From positions 18,531,418 to 18,595,417 of the forward strand of contig NC_068989.1 of the NCBI RefSeq assembly GCF_001194135.2: 64,000 bases of DNA, read 5' to 3'. Shown in pieces: positions 28,546 through 40,771 of this stretch; within the stretch, counting starts at the first letter, position 1, and the number at the start of each line of letters is the position of its first letter. The notes under the pieces were generated by a model that was not told the DNA's origin, did no database searches, and worked only from the letters and a program-made list of their open reading frames with translations. This DNA comes from Octopus bimaculoides. Its lineage: Eukaryota. The translations under genes were made by a program, and so were the position numbers.

Positions 28546-29376
28546 TACATTGTTTTGTCTTGGTATAAACGATGGGCTACAGCAAATATTCTGCTCAATA
28601 CCACAGATTTGCTTGTCAGTTGTTTGACCTTAACCCGTTGAGCATGTCCCTTGGTGGCTGACAATATGTGCATCTCTGCTCATGAGCAGAAGTAGTGGGG
28701 GAGCATCATAGCCATGTGTTGAGAGGAATTTTGGGGGGTTTGAATAATTCACCTTTGGAAACATGGGTGTTTTGCTCAACATCCTTAAACAACCCTTATT
28801 CAGGAACCTTTTGAGTGGGATGGGCTACTCAACCTGAAGAAAATTCTAACTGGGCCCCACCTGCAAGGTCATGGACTGTTTACCTTGATATGAGATCACC
28901 ATGTCACCCACATATGGTTGTGATGCATGTGCCTGGTGTACCCTTATCAGACAGGTAGTCATGGTGGGTATAATGGGCTTCATATATTTTACCCCAGTGT
29001 CACTTTGATGGCATGCACTGCTCTCTCACTCAATAATAATAATGATAATAATAATAATAATAATAATATAATAATAACTGTTATTATTATTTCCATTTCA
29101 CTTCTCAGAGCACTTCAATTCACTTGCTCTGGCTAATTCTTCAAGACCAGACAACAACCTGCTGTTAAGGATCTCATGGGGTCTCTTTCCACACAACACT
29201 TAACATCCAAGTACCAATTTCAAAATCTTCACTGACCTCAATAAAACAGTTTCCTGAACATGTTCTACCCTCATGTCAATCCCAATTTCTCCAACAATTT
29301 TCTCAAATCTGGTTGTTAATGCTCCCAGTGCCCCTACAACTAATGGAATGACACTTACTTTCTTCATCATCATTAC

Positions 29377-29413
<37 letters not shown>

Positions 29414-29591
29414 TCTGATTTTGATACAAGGCCAGCAATTTTGAAGGTGGGGCTTAGTCATTTCCATCAATACCACTATTTGACTGCTACTTTATTTTAT
29501 CAGCCCCAGAGGGGCTATGACCCCACCATGATCCCACCAATTATCGTGTGGAACCTTAGGAACAATGACAAAAAATTTTTTTGAACAAACC

Positions 29592-29698
29592 TTGAATCAT
29601 AATCTAGGAGTTGAATCATAATCTAGGAGTTGAATCATAATCTAGGAGTTGAATCATAATCTAGGAGTTGAATCATAATCTGGATCATAATCTAGGAG
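29592..29698. repeat. 19-bp minisatellite (TTGAATCATAATCTAGGAG), about 5.5 copies
   Basis: Direct reading. Confidence 0.95.
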
Positions 29699-29992
29699 TG
29701 CAGTGCAGGACACCTGTTTACTAGTTTCAATAAGACTTACCTAAAAGTCCTCAGTGCAAAATAAGAAGAGCTATGAAGGGCAAGAATTTTTTTTTTTTTT
29801 TTTTAAATATATACAGGAGGTATAAAATGCTCCATGGTTTAAAAGGATCTATAATAAAACTGGGCTCGACATCAGTACCATATAGCAACAGAATAATGAT
29901 AATAATAATATTAATAGTTTCTGGTTAGTAATTTTGAGAGGAATAGTTTAGTTGATTCCATCAACCCCAATTCTAGACTGGTGCTTTCTAAT

Positions 29993-30383
29993 GTTGTTGT
30001 TGTTAGCACTCCGTCGCTTACGACGTCGAGGGTTCCAGTTGATCCGATCAACGGAACAGCCTGCTTGTGAAATTAACGTGCAAGTGGCTGAGCACTCCAC
30101 AGACATGTGTACCCTTAACGTAGTTCTCGGGGATATTCAGCGTGACACAGTGTGACAAGGCTGATCCTTTGAATTACAGGCACAACAGAAACAGGAAGTA
30201 AGAGTGAGAGAAAGTTGTGGTGGAAGAGTACAGTAGGGTTCGCCACCATCCCCTGCTGGAGCCTTGTGGAGCTTTTAGGTGTTTTCGCTCAATAAACACT
30301 CACAACGCCCGGTCTGGGAATCAAAACAGCGATCCTATGACCGTGAGTCCACTGCCCTAACCACTGGGCCATTGCGCCTCCAC
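29993..30383 (-). mobile_element. SINE family A
   Basis: 10-bp TSD GCTTTCTAAT. Confidence 0.92.
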
Positions 30384-31989
30384 GCTTTCTAATATAGGCA
30401 CAAGACAAAAATTAATGGGAACAGAATGCAGTTAACTGAATCACCTTGGTTTCAGAAGCACCAAAGCAAAGTTGCCTTTGCTGGGATTTGAAGTCAGAAG
30501 ATAATTAAATGATGTAAAACATTTTAATCTGCTTTTCTGCCTATTCTGCTACTAAACCAAACTTGTAAAATAAACAACTTAGATAAGTTTTAAAATAGAG
30601 TCTTGGCTTTTAAAATATTTTTATATATCAAGATGTAATTTTTTTATCCATTTTTTTCTCTTTTCATAATATTTTGGAAGAGAGTGGGGAAGTCCATTTA
30701 AGTTTTAAACTATATTTTTTTTTTTACCTCTTCAAGTCTTTAAGCCTCCACATTGTATCTAAAGAGATTAAAATCTGTTCTACTTATTACGCTCCATGTA
30801 TGTGAGTGCGTGTGCACATGTGATGTACACATATTCTCAGCCACAAATAAACTTACTTGTTTATTAAAATAGTTCATCATCATCATCATCAACATCATCA
30901 CCAACATCACCTCATCATCATCAGCCATAATCAGCAGATTACATTAAAAGTGTAACTCGCTACAACTGCAGCTGCAACACTCCCACCACCACCACCACCA
31001 TTACTGTTACTGCAGCAGAAGAAAGTAAAAAGGTTGTTCTATGGTAGTTATTCGCTCTCCTGTTTCTTCTTAAAAACAACAATTGCAACACCAGCATCGT
31101 CATCATCATCATCATTATCATCATTCTGCCACTGTTGATTAATAATAACCGCAAAACAAACGAGATTTGCACATAGACAGAAAGTCTTCTGCAATTTATA
31201 ATGCTACCACATCATCACAATCATCATCATCAACATCATTGACACGGTCATCTTCAAAATAGAATTTTTCAGAAGTTAACTTATTTACTTTGAAGGAAAA
31301 CAAACAACAAACAAAAAATTTTTTTTTTAAATCTCTGAAAACTTCTACATATTGCTTTATTAATACTACCTGGTTGAGGATTAACATACAAACACAGTTT
31401 CTTATGCATACAATTGTACGTCCCTTGGTTACACATGCAGATACATGAGTGTCTGTACTCACTTATTCAACCAAAGGAACAGAAAGACAAACATACATGC
31501 ATAATTTTAAATACAAATACACAGGTGTGTACATTCAAACATTCACACATACACACAGGCACATAATATATATATACATAAGTATATATACATACATATA
31601 TGCATATATACATACATATATATATATATATATGTGTGCCATAAATATCGCCATCCATTTAGAGAAAAATTTGTAGTTTAGAATCAGTAGTTCTTTGACT
31701 GCTATTTCTAGATTTTCAGTATGTTGGAGAAGCAACCCATTGCTAATCCCTGTATATTTATGATGATAAATGATTTTACCGATAAAGGTTTTTTTCATAC
31801 TGAACTACTTGGCAAAATTGTTAATTATTAATTCTATTACTAATTGACGATTCCCTGCCTTTATTCTTGTATAATATATATATATATNNNNNNNNNNNNN
31901 NNNNNNNNNNNNNNNNNNNNNNNNNNNNNNNNNNATGGTGGCTAGACAAAATATAAAACCAAAAAGGAAAATTCAATTGTCACTAATAG

Positions 31990-32025
<36 letters not shown>

Positions 32026-32359
32026 TACATACATGCATACTTGCATACATACATACATACATACATACATACATACACACATATATGTACACATCTGTGA
32101 ATTCAGATATATCTCAAGCCAATGGATAAGTCTCTATGTGGTCACTTGGCTTTCTAGAAATAGCAGCCAAATCTTTCTTAAATTACATTCTGCTGCCTCA
32201 AAAGTGGAATGACACATTGGATAATATGATCCCAGATACACTGTATCTGAAAACAAGACAGTCTGTTCCATGTAAGTTGATGTTGAGGTGAACAGTAAGA
32301 ACATAGATATATCTGAACACAAAATGCACGCACAGAGACATCCTAAAAGTAAATATTGT

Positions 32360-33170
32360 GATGAGTCACATGTTTTGCAATATTTTGATAACTTATTTGC
32401 TTTGCAACAAAAGTAGCCTAAGTTGAAGCCATCGCGTTGCACTGCCTGAAACCACCTTTTAACCCATTCTTTGATCCCATGCCAATACCAGTTCTTATCC
32501 TTCAAAGCGAAGAACTTCACTGAAGCTCCTACCTCCTCTTGATTGATGAAGCATCATAAGCATAGTAAGTGAACCATGGATTGCAGCAAACAATAATCCA
32601 AAGGAGCTAGGTCCGGACTGTATGCTGGGTATGGTATCAGTTTGATCCCTCAAGTTCCTGGAGTTTATTCCAGGTCGTTCAAGTGGTATACGGTCATGTG
32701 TTGTCCTGCCACAGAAGAGCTCACTTTCTGCTAACCAATGTGAGGTATTTTTGCCACAAAATGACATAAATCCATGAGATGCAAAGCTCGCCTGATAGCC
32801 CTTAATTATTTGCCTCTGTGACTTGGAGCATGGCCTTGGAAGCTGCAGATTTAGGCCTACTTGACCACACCTGATCATCAACGTTTTTGCAAACCAAGTG
32901 AAATTTCTTCAACCCAGCTGGTTACTTTATTGTGAATAACTGTGCCATCACGTTTTGCACTGCAAATGTTTCTGATTGCTTCTGCAGCATTATGGCCCGG
33001 CTTGAACTTGTAAAGCATAAGTTCCAGCATTAGATTATGATCATGTTTATCTGTGCCGCTTTCAAACCACATACAGAGTGAAGCAATGCACAATATGTCA
33101 ACACATCAACTACCATGGTACTACCAACCTCAGCAGGTATCGTCTACAGCATGGAACTGCTTCAGTCACA
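32360..33170 (-). mobile_element. Degraded, internally deleted mariner transposon
   Basis: N-terminal LYKFK.GHNAAEAIRNIC, QDN, YSPDLAP (32602-32622) and FFALKDKNWYWHGIKEWVKRW C-terminal motifs. Confidence 0.85.
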
Positions 33171-33179
33171 TTATATTAG

Positions 33180-33550
33180 ATAGATTGGCACTCCGTCGCT
33201 TATGACGTCGAGGGTTCCAGTTGATCCGATCAACGGAACAGCCTGCTCGTGAAATTAACGTGCAAGTGGCTGAGCACTCCACAGACACATGTACCCTTAA
33301 CATAGTTCTCAGGGATATTCAGCCTGAAACAGTGTGACAAGGCTGACCCTTTGAATTACAGGCACAACAGAAACAGAAAGTAAGAGTGAGAGAAAGCTGT
33401 GGTGGAAAAGTACAGCAGGGTTCGCCATCATCCCCTGCCGGAGCCTCGTGGAGCTTTAGGTGTCTTCGCTCTATAAACACTCACAACGCCCGGTCTGGGA
33501 ATCGAAACCGCGAGTCAGCTGCCCTAACCAATGGGCCATTGCACCTCCAC
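33180..33550 (-). mobile_element. SINE family A
   Basis: Flanks AGTCACAT(T/G)ATAT; inserted at the end of the mariner remnant. Confidence 0.9.
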
Positions 33551-33667
33551 AGTCACATGATATACATGCTGCAAATTAGCACATATGCAAACATTGCAAA
33601 ACCTGACTTGCCTCAATAGATACCATTGTTTTTAAAAGATTTATCCTTTCTTTAGATATTTTCCTGT

Positions 33668-33900
33668 TCAAAGAAGAGGTTTCCTTCCAGCTGCTCTGCC
33701 AAAGTAGCCAAGCTGATAGAGATACCTCACAGAAGTGGTCTGGCTCTTTTGGAGTTGCTCTGCAACATCAGCTGGCTCATAGCAGGGATCATTTTCAACA
33801 ATCCATGTGACGACAGCCCAAAGAAACTGTCTGAGGTTCCAGGTTGCTGCTGATGCATTTCTTTTACTGGAGGAATTGTACAATCACTCAGTTGACTGTG
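33668..33900 (-). mobile_element. Second mariner fragment (second HTH region)
   Basis: IVENDP...DVAEQLQKSQTTSVRYLYQLG resembles the mariner VE.DP..T..ELA..L..S..TV..HL..LG segment; its order is incompatible with belonging to the 32360-33170 copy. Confidence 0.5.
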
Positions 33901-35576
33901 GAAAGAGGCATCCCAAGATTTTGTGTAATCTTACACTAGTTAAGTCCACCCTTAGCTTGACCCATGATACACCTTTGAAAATCAGACAACTATTTTGATT
34001 CTGGTGCTTGCAGCTTGGCTAGTTGCAATAAACAATTAATATACCGTAACCTGAAATGAAAACTAATAATGCATTAAAAGGTTTGAAGCACCAGGTAGTG
34101 TCTGCTCAGATGCAACTGTACAATGAGGAGTGTCTATTTATTTTTGAGATGCCAGTGTACATGTAAAAATACACATGCACATACATACATACATACAATA
34201 ATGACCTTGGAAAGCGAGACAATAATTCCTTACTGACTTACACTTCACCATATTCTCATCTGTCTCTCTTTTATGGTAATTTCAAGTAATTTGTTTTTCT
34301 TTCCACATTTTATAAATTCATTCTGCTTTGTTTCTTACAGAAATAAAAATAAAGATGAATAAATAAGAATAAAGATGAAATTAAAATAAATAAATAAATA
34401 TTAATTTGTCTCTCTTCTAAATATACTTATCTATTTTGTTTATTGTTCTCTTTATTGCCTGTTTATGTCCTAGCAAAACAAAATTTAGAAAATATTTTAC
34501 CAGTTATGCTATATCAAAAATACCTCATCTCTCTCCCCCTCTAAATGTTTTATTCACTATGCTGGTATATCATATTAAAGATATATGTTTCCTATAAATC
34601 GTTTAGACAGTACAGGTACAGTGTATCAATGAAGGCACACCTGTCTTCTATAAGACAGGTGCATATATGACGGCGAGCTGGCAGAAACGTTAGCACACCG
34701 GACAAAATGCTTAGCGGTATTTTGTCTGTCGCTACGTTTATAGATAGATAAAGAATATAGGAAAAGGTGGCGAACTAGTAGGATCGTTAGCACGTCAGGC
34801 AAAAGGCTTAGCGACATTTCGTCCGTCTTTATGTTCTGAGTTCAATTGCCGCCGAAGTCAACTTAGCCTTTTGTCCTCTCGGGGGTTGATAAAATAAGTG
34901 CCAGTTGAGCACCGGAGTCGATGCAATCGACTTACTTCCTCCCCCGAAATTTCTGGACTTGTGTCAAAATTTAAAATCAATGTGGTAATATATACGACAA
35001 CTGAGCAGTGACAGGGAAGAAAGGCGAGGCAAAAAATTATTCAAAGCTTTGACTGTTGGAAAGAACACCTTAAAAACATTTTAATTGCCTAAAGCATTCG
35101 TTCTACAAGCCATTTAACTGTGGATGGTAGTGAAGCATTTTGAAAAAAAAAATGCAGTCAATTTTCAGTAGCAAAGAAGAGATTATTGACACGCAATCCA
35201 TCTTGTCTTCTCCATCACATAACACTGACTGATCAGTCTTTCTCTTATTCTTTATGCATATTGGAAGAGGAGTCTTTTTTTTATATATATATACTAGCAG
35301 CTTTGTATTTCTCCTGCTCGTGAAATTAATGTGCAAGTGGCTGAACATTTCAAACACTTAGTTCTGAGAGAGATTCAGCGTGGCACAATGTGACATGGCT
35401 GGCCCTTTGAAATACTACTCGTTTTTGCCAGCTGAGTGGACTGCAGCAACGTGAAATAAAAGTGCCTTGCTCAAGGACACAACGCTCCCTTATGATTGTG
35501 AGCCGAATATCCTAGCCACTTACCCACGTGCCATCACCATGAAAACCGGCCTGGAAATCTAACTAACCCCGAATAG

Positions 35577-35862
35577 GAACATGTTCTACCTGGCGTCTTA
35601 CATTCGATGTAGTTCATATTGTGTACTTCCAAAGATGCAGCACCTCGTGAACGTCTCATCACCTTTCCTCGAAAAAAACAGCTAGAAAATGTGAATAGCA
35701 GACTGGCCTTATTTGCTCAAAAGTTTTCTGTTGCAGAGTTACATTCATAATAAAGACGACCCTTTAGTGTAAGATGCTGATCTATTATTATCAAATCACC
35801 AACATGCTCATATTTTTCTCAATCATCAAGAAAACACTATAGCAATTAAGGACTTAACCCCG
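35577..35862 (+). mobile_element. Gypsy-type LTR retrotransposon integrase C-terminal remnant
   Basis: EHVLPGVLHSM*FILCTSKDAAPRERLITFPRK and NKDDPLV*DADLL...IKDLTP match the WE.VLP.ALHSIR.LLCT...TPHER / K.DPLV...RDLAP pattern; in-frame stops. Confidence 0.6.
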
Positions 35863-36313
35863 TCAAGAGATACTCCAGATAATGTTTTTTTTTTTCGAGA
35901 ATATATTAATATTTCCGAAAAATTTGCTGAATTGTCTATCATTATTCCTAATGAAACAGCTAGATAGCAACCTGATCAAACATTATAAACTAACGAGCTC
36001 TCAACGAACTGTGCTACGTTTTACATGTATTAAAAGATTTCTCGAAAGATATGATTACACCCAAATATTTTGCATTGTATTAGATATTATATTATTATGC
36101 TTGAATATACTGAAATGTTGAGATGTTCTAATAATATTCTATGGATGTAGTTTTTATATATATATATATGCATGCCTATGTGTGATAGGTAAGAAAGTAT
36201 TAATTTTTATCTTTATATCAAACTGAACGTGGATGTCTCGTTAGAACGCTGAATACAACAATATTAACATTGTGATGTCCTCTCATATAGATGAAGGGTG
36301 CATAAAAGCACAG

Positions 36314-36608
36314 GGTGCCACTTTGGCATGTGATCTACAAGGGAGATTACCGTAGGACTTACTTAGCATTATAAATGTATTTTTTCAAAATTCTTACTAT
36401 TTTAATAATAGGAAAACCATATTTCATTTGTCTTAGTAATTAATAATAGTAAAACCATGAATAAACAATATAATAATTAAAATAAGCACGTAGATCACCC
36501 ACCCAAGTAAATTTGCTCATGTAGATCACAAAACAAAGTAGCACTAACACAAAGTAAACTAAAAAGTAACCTCCCTTTAAATTGTAGCTCACTCACCAAA
36601 GTGGCACC
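36314..36608. mobile_element. GG-terminated MITE, 295 bp
   Basis: Perfect 13-bp TIR GGTGCCACTTTGG/CCAAAGTGGCACC; flanks AAGCACAG / AAGCACAA (7 of 8 identical). Confidence 0.75.
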
Positions 36609-37594
36609 AAGCACAAACATGTCGTAGCAGACGAGAATCCTCAGTTATGGACGCTGGAACAGCCGGTTCACATGATTTCAGTCTGGACTTCCTCAGATGC
36701 AAGTGCCTGGTGACAGCATACCAGCCAAATTTTGCTGCCTTAATATATAGAATATCAGTGTCTTTTCAGTCACTAATGCCGAAAATAGATAGCAGGCTTA
36801 TTAAAAAATAATTAATAGCAACGGAAATAGTATTAGTATCAAAATGCAATCTTTATATCCAATTTAATGTAGATTTCTTAAAACGCCAAATACTGCAGTC
36901 ACATGATCTGGCAGTTCTGGTACCCATAACAGATGATTCTCATCTGCAACGACATATATATGTGGTTCTATGCATTGAGCGCTTATACCAGAGAATCTCT
37001 TAAGGATAATACCTAGTTCTTACAAGACCTCAATGTTAAGTTGAATATAAAGATACTGGTTCCGTTGCTAATAATATTTTAAAAATTTTATGGAAATAAT
37101 GTATTATAACATTAGCAATGGTACAGTCTCCAAGAGATTCTGCAATTTTTGCCTATCAATGCTACTGTAAATACACTTATAAACTATTATCACTGCAGTT
37201 TTCCAATAGACATCAGTTTAGCTTTTTGTCCAATAAAGCCTGATTAATATGAATTTTATTTTGGGATAATCAGACTTCAGAGAATATCAAAGTTCTAGAC
37301 AGAATGAAAGGACATTGAAGCATGCATTCAGACCCTGCGGAGCAGTGGGGCTAAAGCTGAAGTTAATGAATTTGTTCTAGTGTTTATGTCTTGCTTAAAT
37401 TAAAGTTTTAGGTAGTCAGCGAGAGTTGAAATGTTGACACGCTGCCAACGACGCATGGCCCTATATCTGACCTGAGTCTTAAGATAGGAGAGATAACAAG
37501 TGTACGACAAAGAATATAGATTTTAAATTTGCTTTCTCTGAAGATTGCATTTTCAGGATGATCTATATGATCTTTACCCTATCTTAATATTCAA

Positions 37595-37951
37595 TTGTTG
37601 TTGGCAGTCCGTCGCTTACGACGTCGAGGGTTCCAGTTGATCCAATCAACGGAACAGCCTGCTCCTGAAATTAACGTGCAAGTAGCTGAGCACTCCACAG
37701 ACACGTGTACCCTTAACGTAGTTCTCGGGGATATTCAGCGTGACACAGTGTGACAAGGCTGATCCTTTGAATTACAGGCACAAAAGAAACAGGAAGTAAG
37801 AGTGAGAGAAAGTTGTGTTGAAAGAGTACAGCAGGGTTCGCCACCATCCCCTGCCGGAGCCTCGTGGAGCTTTAGGTGTTTTCGCTCAATAAACACTCAC
37901 AACGCCCGGTCTGGGAATCGAACCCGTGAGTCCAAACCACTGGGCCTCCAC
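37595..37951 (-). mobile_element. SINE family A with small deletions in the head
   Basis: 10-bp TSD TAATATTCAA. Confidence 0.9.
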
Positions 37952-40356
37952 TAATATTCAAACACCTCAGTTAAAAAAAAAAATAACAGCATTACATTAG
38001 AAATTGTGCATTTCATAGTTCTCTATAAGCTTCTAACAATCTATAGTTTTCAAAATAACCATGGAATTTCCATAAGTACTGCTAAGTTTCAATTATGCAA
38101 CTTTATTTTTAGAAAGGCATGTCAAAACACCATCCCACCCCACCCCACTGTCAGCCTCATGCCAACAAATTTAAGATGTGGAGGTATTTCACTCATTTCC
38201 CAATGTGGTCACTTGAGCTGCTAGAAACAGCAACCAAATCTCTTTTAAATCACATTTTTTGTAAACAAGGACCATAAAATGTGGTCTTAGATACACTCAG
38301 ACTGGAACAAAGACAAGGTAGTTGTGGTTGGAACTCCATTAACATAGATCTGTTTGATCAAGATTGAGTTTGGCTTGAACAATATGTTGAAAACTGCCTC
38401 ATTCTTGTCATTGTGACTGTAATTCCTATCATCTTACAACAGATGAAAAACCAACAATTGCACTGTATTATTGACTTCCCATTATGACTGGGTTCACCAA
38501 TCGAGCCTTGTCTCACCTACTGACAAGTTATCTGTCCAGTTGCATAGGAAAGAGTGTGGTGTCATACATTAAGCCACACAAAAGGTTAAGATTCTTAATG
38601 TGTTTAGAGTTTACGTGCTGTAAAATTTGATAGTTCTGAGTTAGCCCAGTGTGGTTTTAGTGCACTTAGATGTTTGTTTTGGTGTGTGTGAAAGACAGAG
38701 GTAGGGTTGTTTGTATGTTGCATACTCCTTTCAGATTTTCATGTGGTCATTCAATTGTTTTCAAATGGTTGTGATACAGTTTTTGTGTGATAAGTGGTTA
38801 TGGCCTTTCACTGTGTGAAGAATCATGATTAATATTTTCAACAACAGTAAGGCAGTGAGCTAGCAGAATCATAAGCATGTCAGTCAAAATGCTTAGTGGA
38901 ATTTCAACTATCTTTAACTTGTTTCAGTCATTAGACTGCAGCCATGCTGGGGCACTACCTTGAATTCTTTTAGTCAACACCAGTACTTATTTTTTTAAAG
39001 CCTGGAACTTAGCAGTTTAGCAAGAGACTGACAGAATAAGTTACAAGGATGCAAACACACCAACACCAGTTGTCAGTCAGTGGTGAGGGGACAAACACAA
39101 AGATATAAACAGGCTTCTTTCAGTTTCTTATTTTATTGCCCACAAGGGGCTAAACATAGAGGGGACAAACAAGGACAAAGGGATTAAGTTGATTACATCA
39201 ACCTCAATGTGTAACTGGTGCTTAATTTATCGACCCCAAAAGGATGAAAGGCAAAGTCGACCTTGGTGGAATTTGAACTCAGAACGTAACGGCAGACAAA
39301 ATACTGCAAAGCATTTTGCCCAGTGTGCTAACGTTTCTGCCAGCTCACCGCCTTCTTTCAGTTTCTGTCTACCAAATCCACTCACAAGGCTTTGGTCAGC
39401 CAGAGGCTATAGTAGAAAACACCTTGCCTAAGGTGCCTTGCAGTGAGACTGACCCCAGAACCATGTGGCTGGGAAGCAAGCTTCTTATCACACAGCCACG
39501 CCTGCACCTATCTTTACATTCTGAGTTCAAATTCCATTGCGGTCAACTTTGCCTTTCATCTGTTGGGGATAAATAAAACAGGTACCAGTTGACCCAAAAT
39601 TGCTGGCCTTGTACATGGTTTCAGGTTCAGTCCCACTGTGTGGCACATTGGGCAAATGCCTTCTATATAACACCAGGCCAACCCAAAGCTTTGTTAGTGG
39701 ATTTGGTAGATGGAAATTGAGAAAAAAAAGCTTATCACATATGAGCACATGTATGTCAGTGACTTTCAGACTTGACTGTGTGGCAATGTCACCATCATGC
39801 AAGTGGTATCCTTCATTTCCAATCATCCATGGAAAAAAAAAAAAAAAACATCAGGCCAAGGGAAAATACTTGGAAACAAGTGAGAGTTGGTGATAGGAAG
39901 GGCATCCAGCTGTAGAAAATCCACCTCAGCAAATTCCATCCAACCCATGTCAGCATGAAAAAGCAGATGTTAAATTGTTGACAAGGTGTAAGTTGTGCAC
40001 TTTTAGCGCCTTGCATAAATTTTATTAATACCAGTTTCAAATTTTGGTACAAGGTCAGTAAGTCTGGAGAGCCAGGTAGGCCGATTACATGAACCGATGT
40101 GCTAAACTGGTACTTATTTTACCAAGGCCCAGAAGGACGAAAGGCAAAGTCAACCTCAGCAAAATTTGAACTCAGAACATAAAGACAGATGAAATGCCAC
40201 TAAGTCATTTTGCCCAGCATGCTAATGGTTCTGCCAGCTCACTGCTTCGTGTAAACTGTAATATTGGTATCTCTTTTGCAATTGTCTGTGGCAAATCAGG
40301 GAACATTTAGGATAAGTTATAGATATTGATCTTTGAAACATCCAAGACAAGTTTGA

Positions 40357-40578
40357 TCCTTTCGATACCAACCCGGCCGAAACCGCCTTTGTCTCTGTAG
40401 TACAAAAAGTCTTGTTTCCATAAGTTCTGAATTAAAATCTTCCACCAAACCTTAGTCACAATTTATGTTCTTAACAGTAGCTGAATGACAACTAAGTTAT
40501 TTTGCTGAATTTTTTGTTATATTTAAAGTAATTGAAAGAAACACAGAGCATTTCAAAATAAATGCAGTAACAAAAGGG
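40357..40578. mobile_element. Second copy of the 222-bp piggyBac-like MITE, opposite orientation
   Basis: Reverse-complement similar to 63748-63969 over its full length; TTAA on the right, mutated TTGA on the left. Confidence 0.8.
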
Positions 40579-40765
40579 TTAAAAGCTTAACATAGGTCAT
40601 ATAATGGTTTTGTTATATAGCATCATCACAAATGTAACAACATAATGACAAACTAAAAATGCATTAGCATGTGTATGATGGAATGTTAACAAGAATGAAA
40701 AAAAAAAAAAAAAAAAAAANNNNNNNNNNAAAAAAAAAAAAAAAAAAAAAAAGATTTTTTGGAAT

Positions 40766-40771
40766 TTTATT
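40766..40771 (-). terminator. Candidate polyadenylation signal (AATAAA) of the minus-strand transcript
   Basis: AATAAA on - followed about 20 nt later by a long U tract; preceded by about 1.2 kb of AT-rich, TE-poor, 3'UTR-like sequence. Confidence 0.4.
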
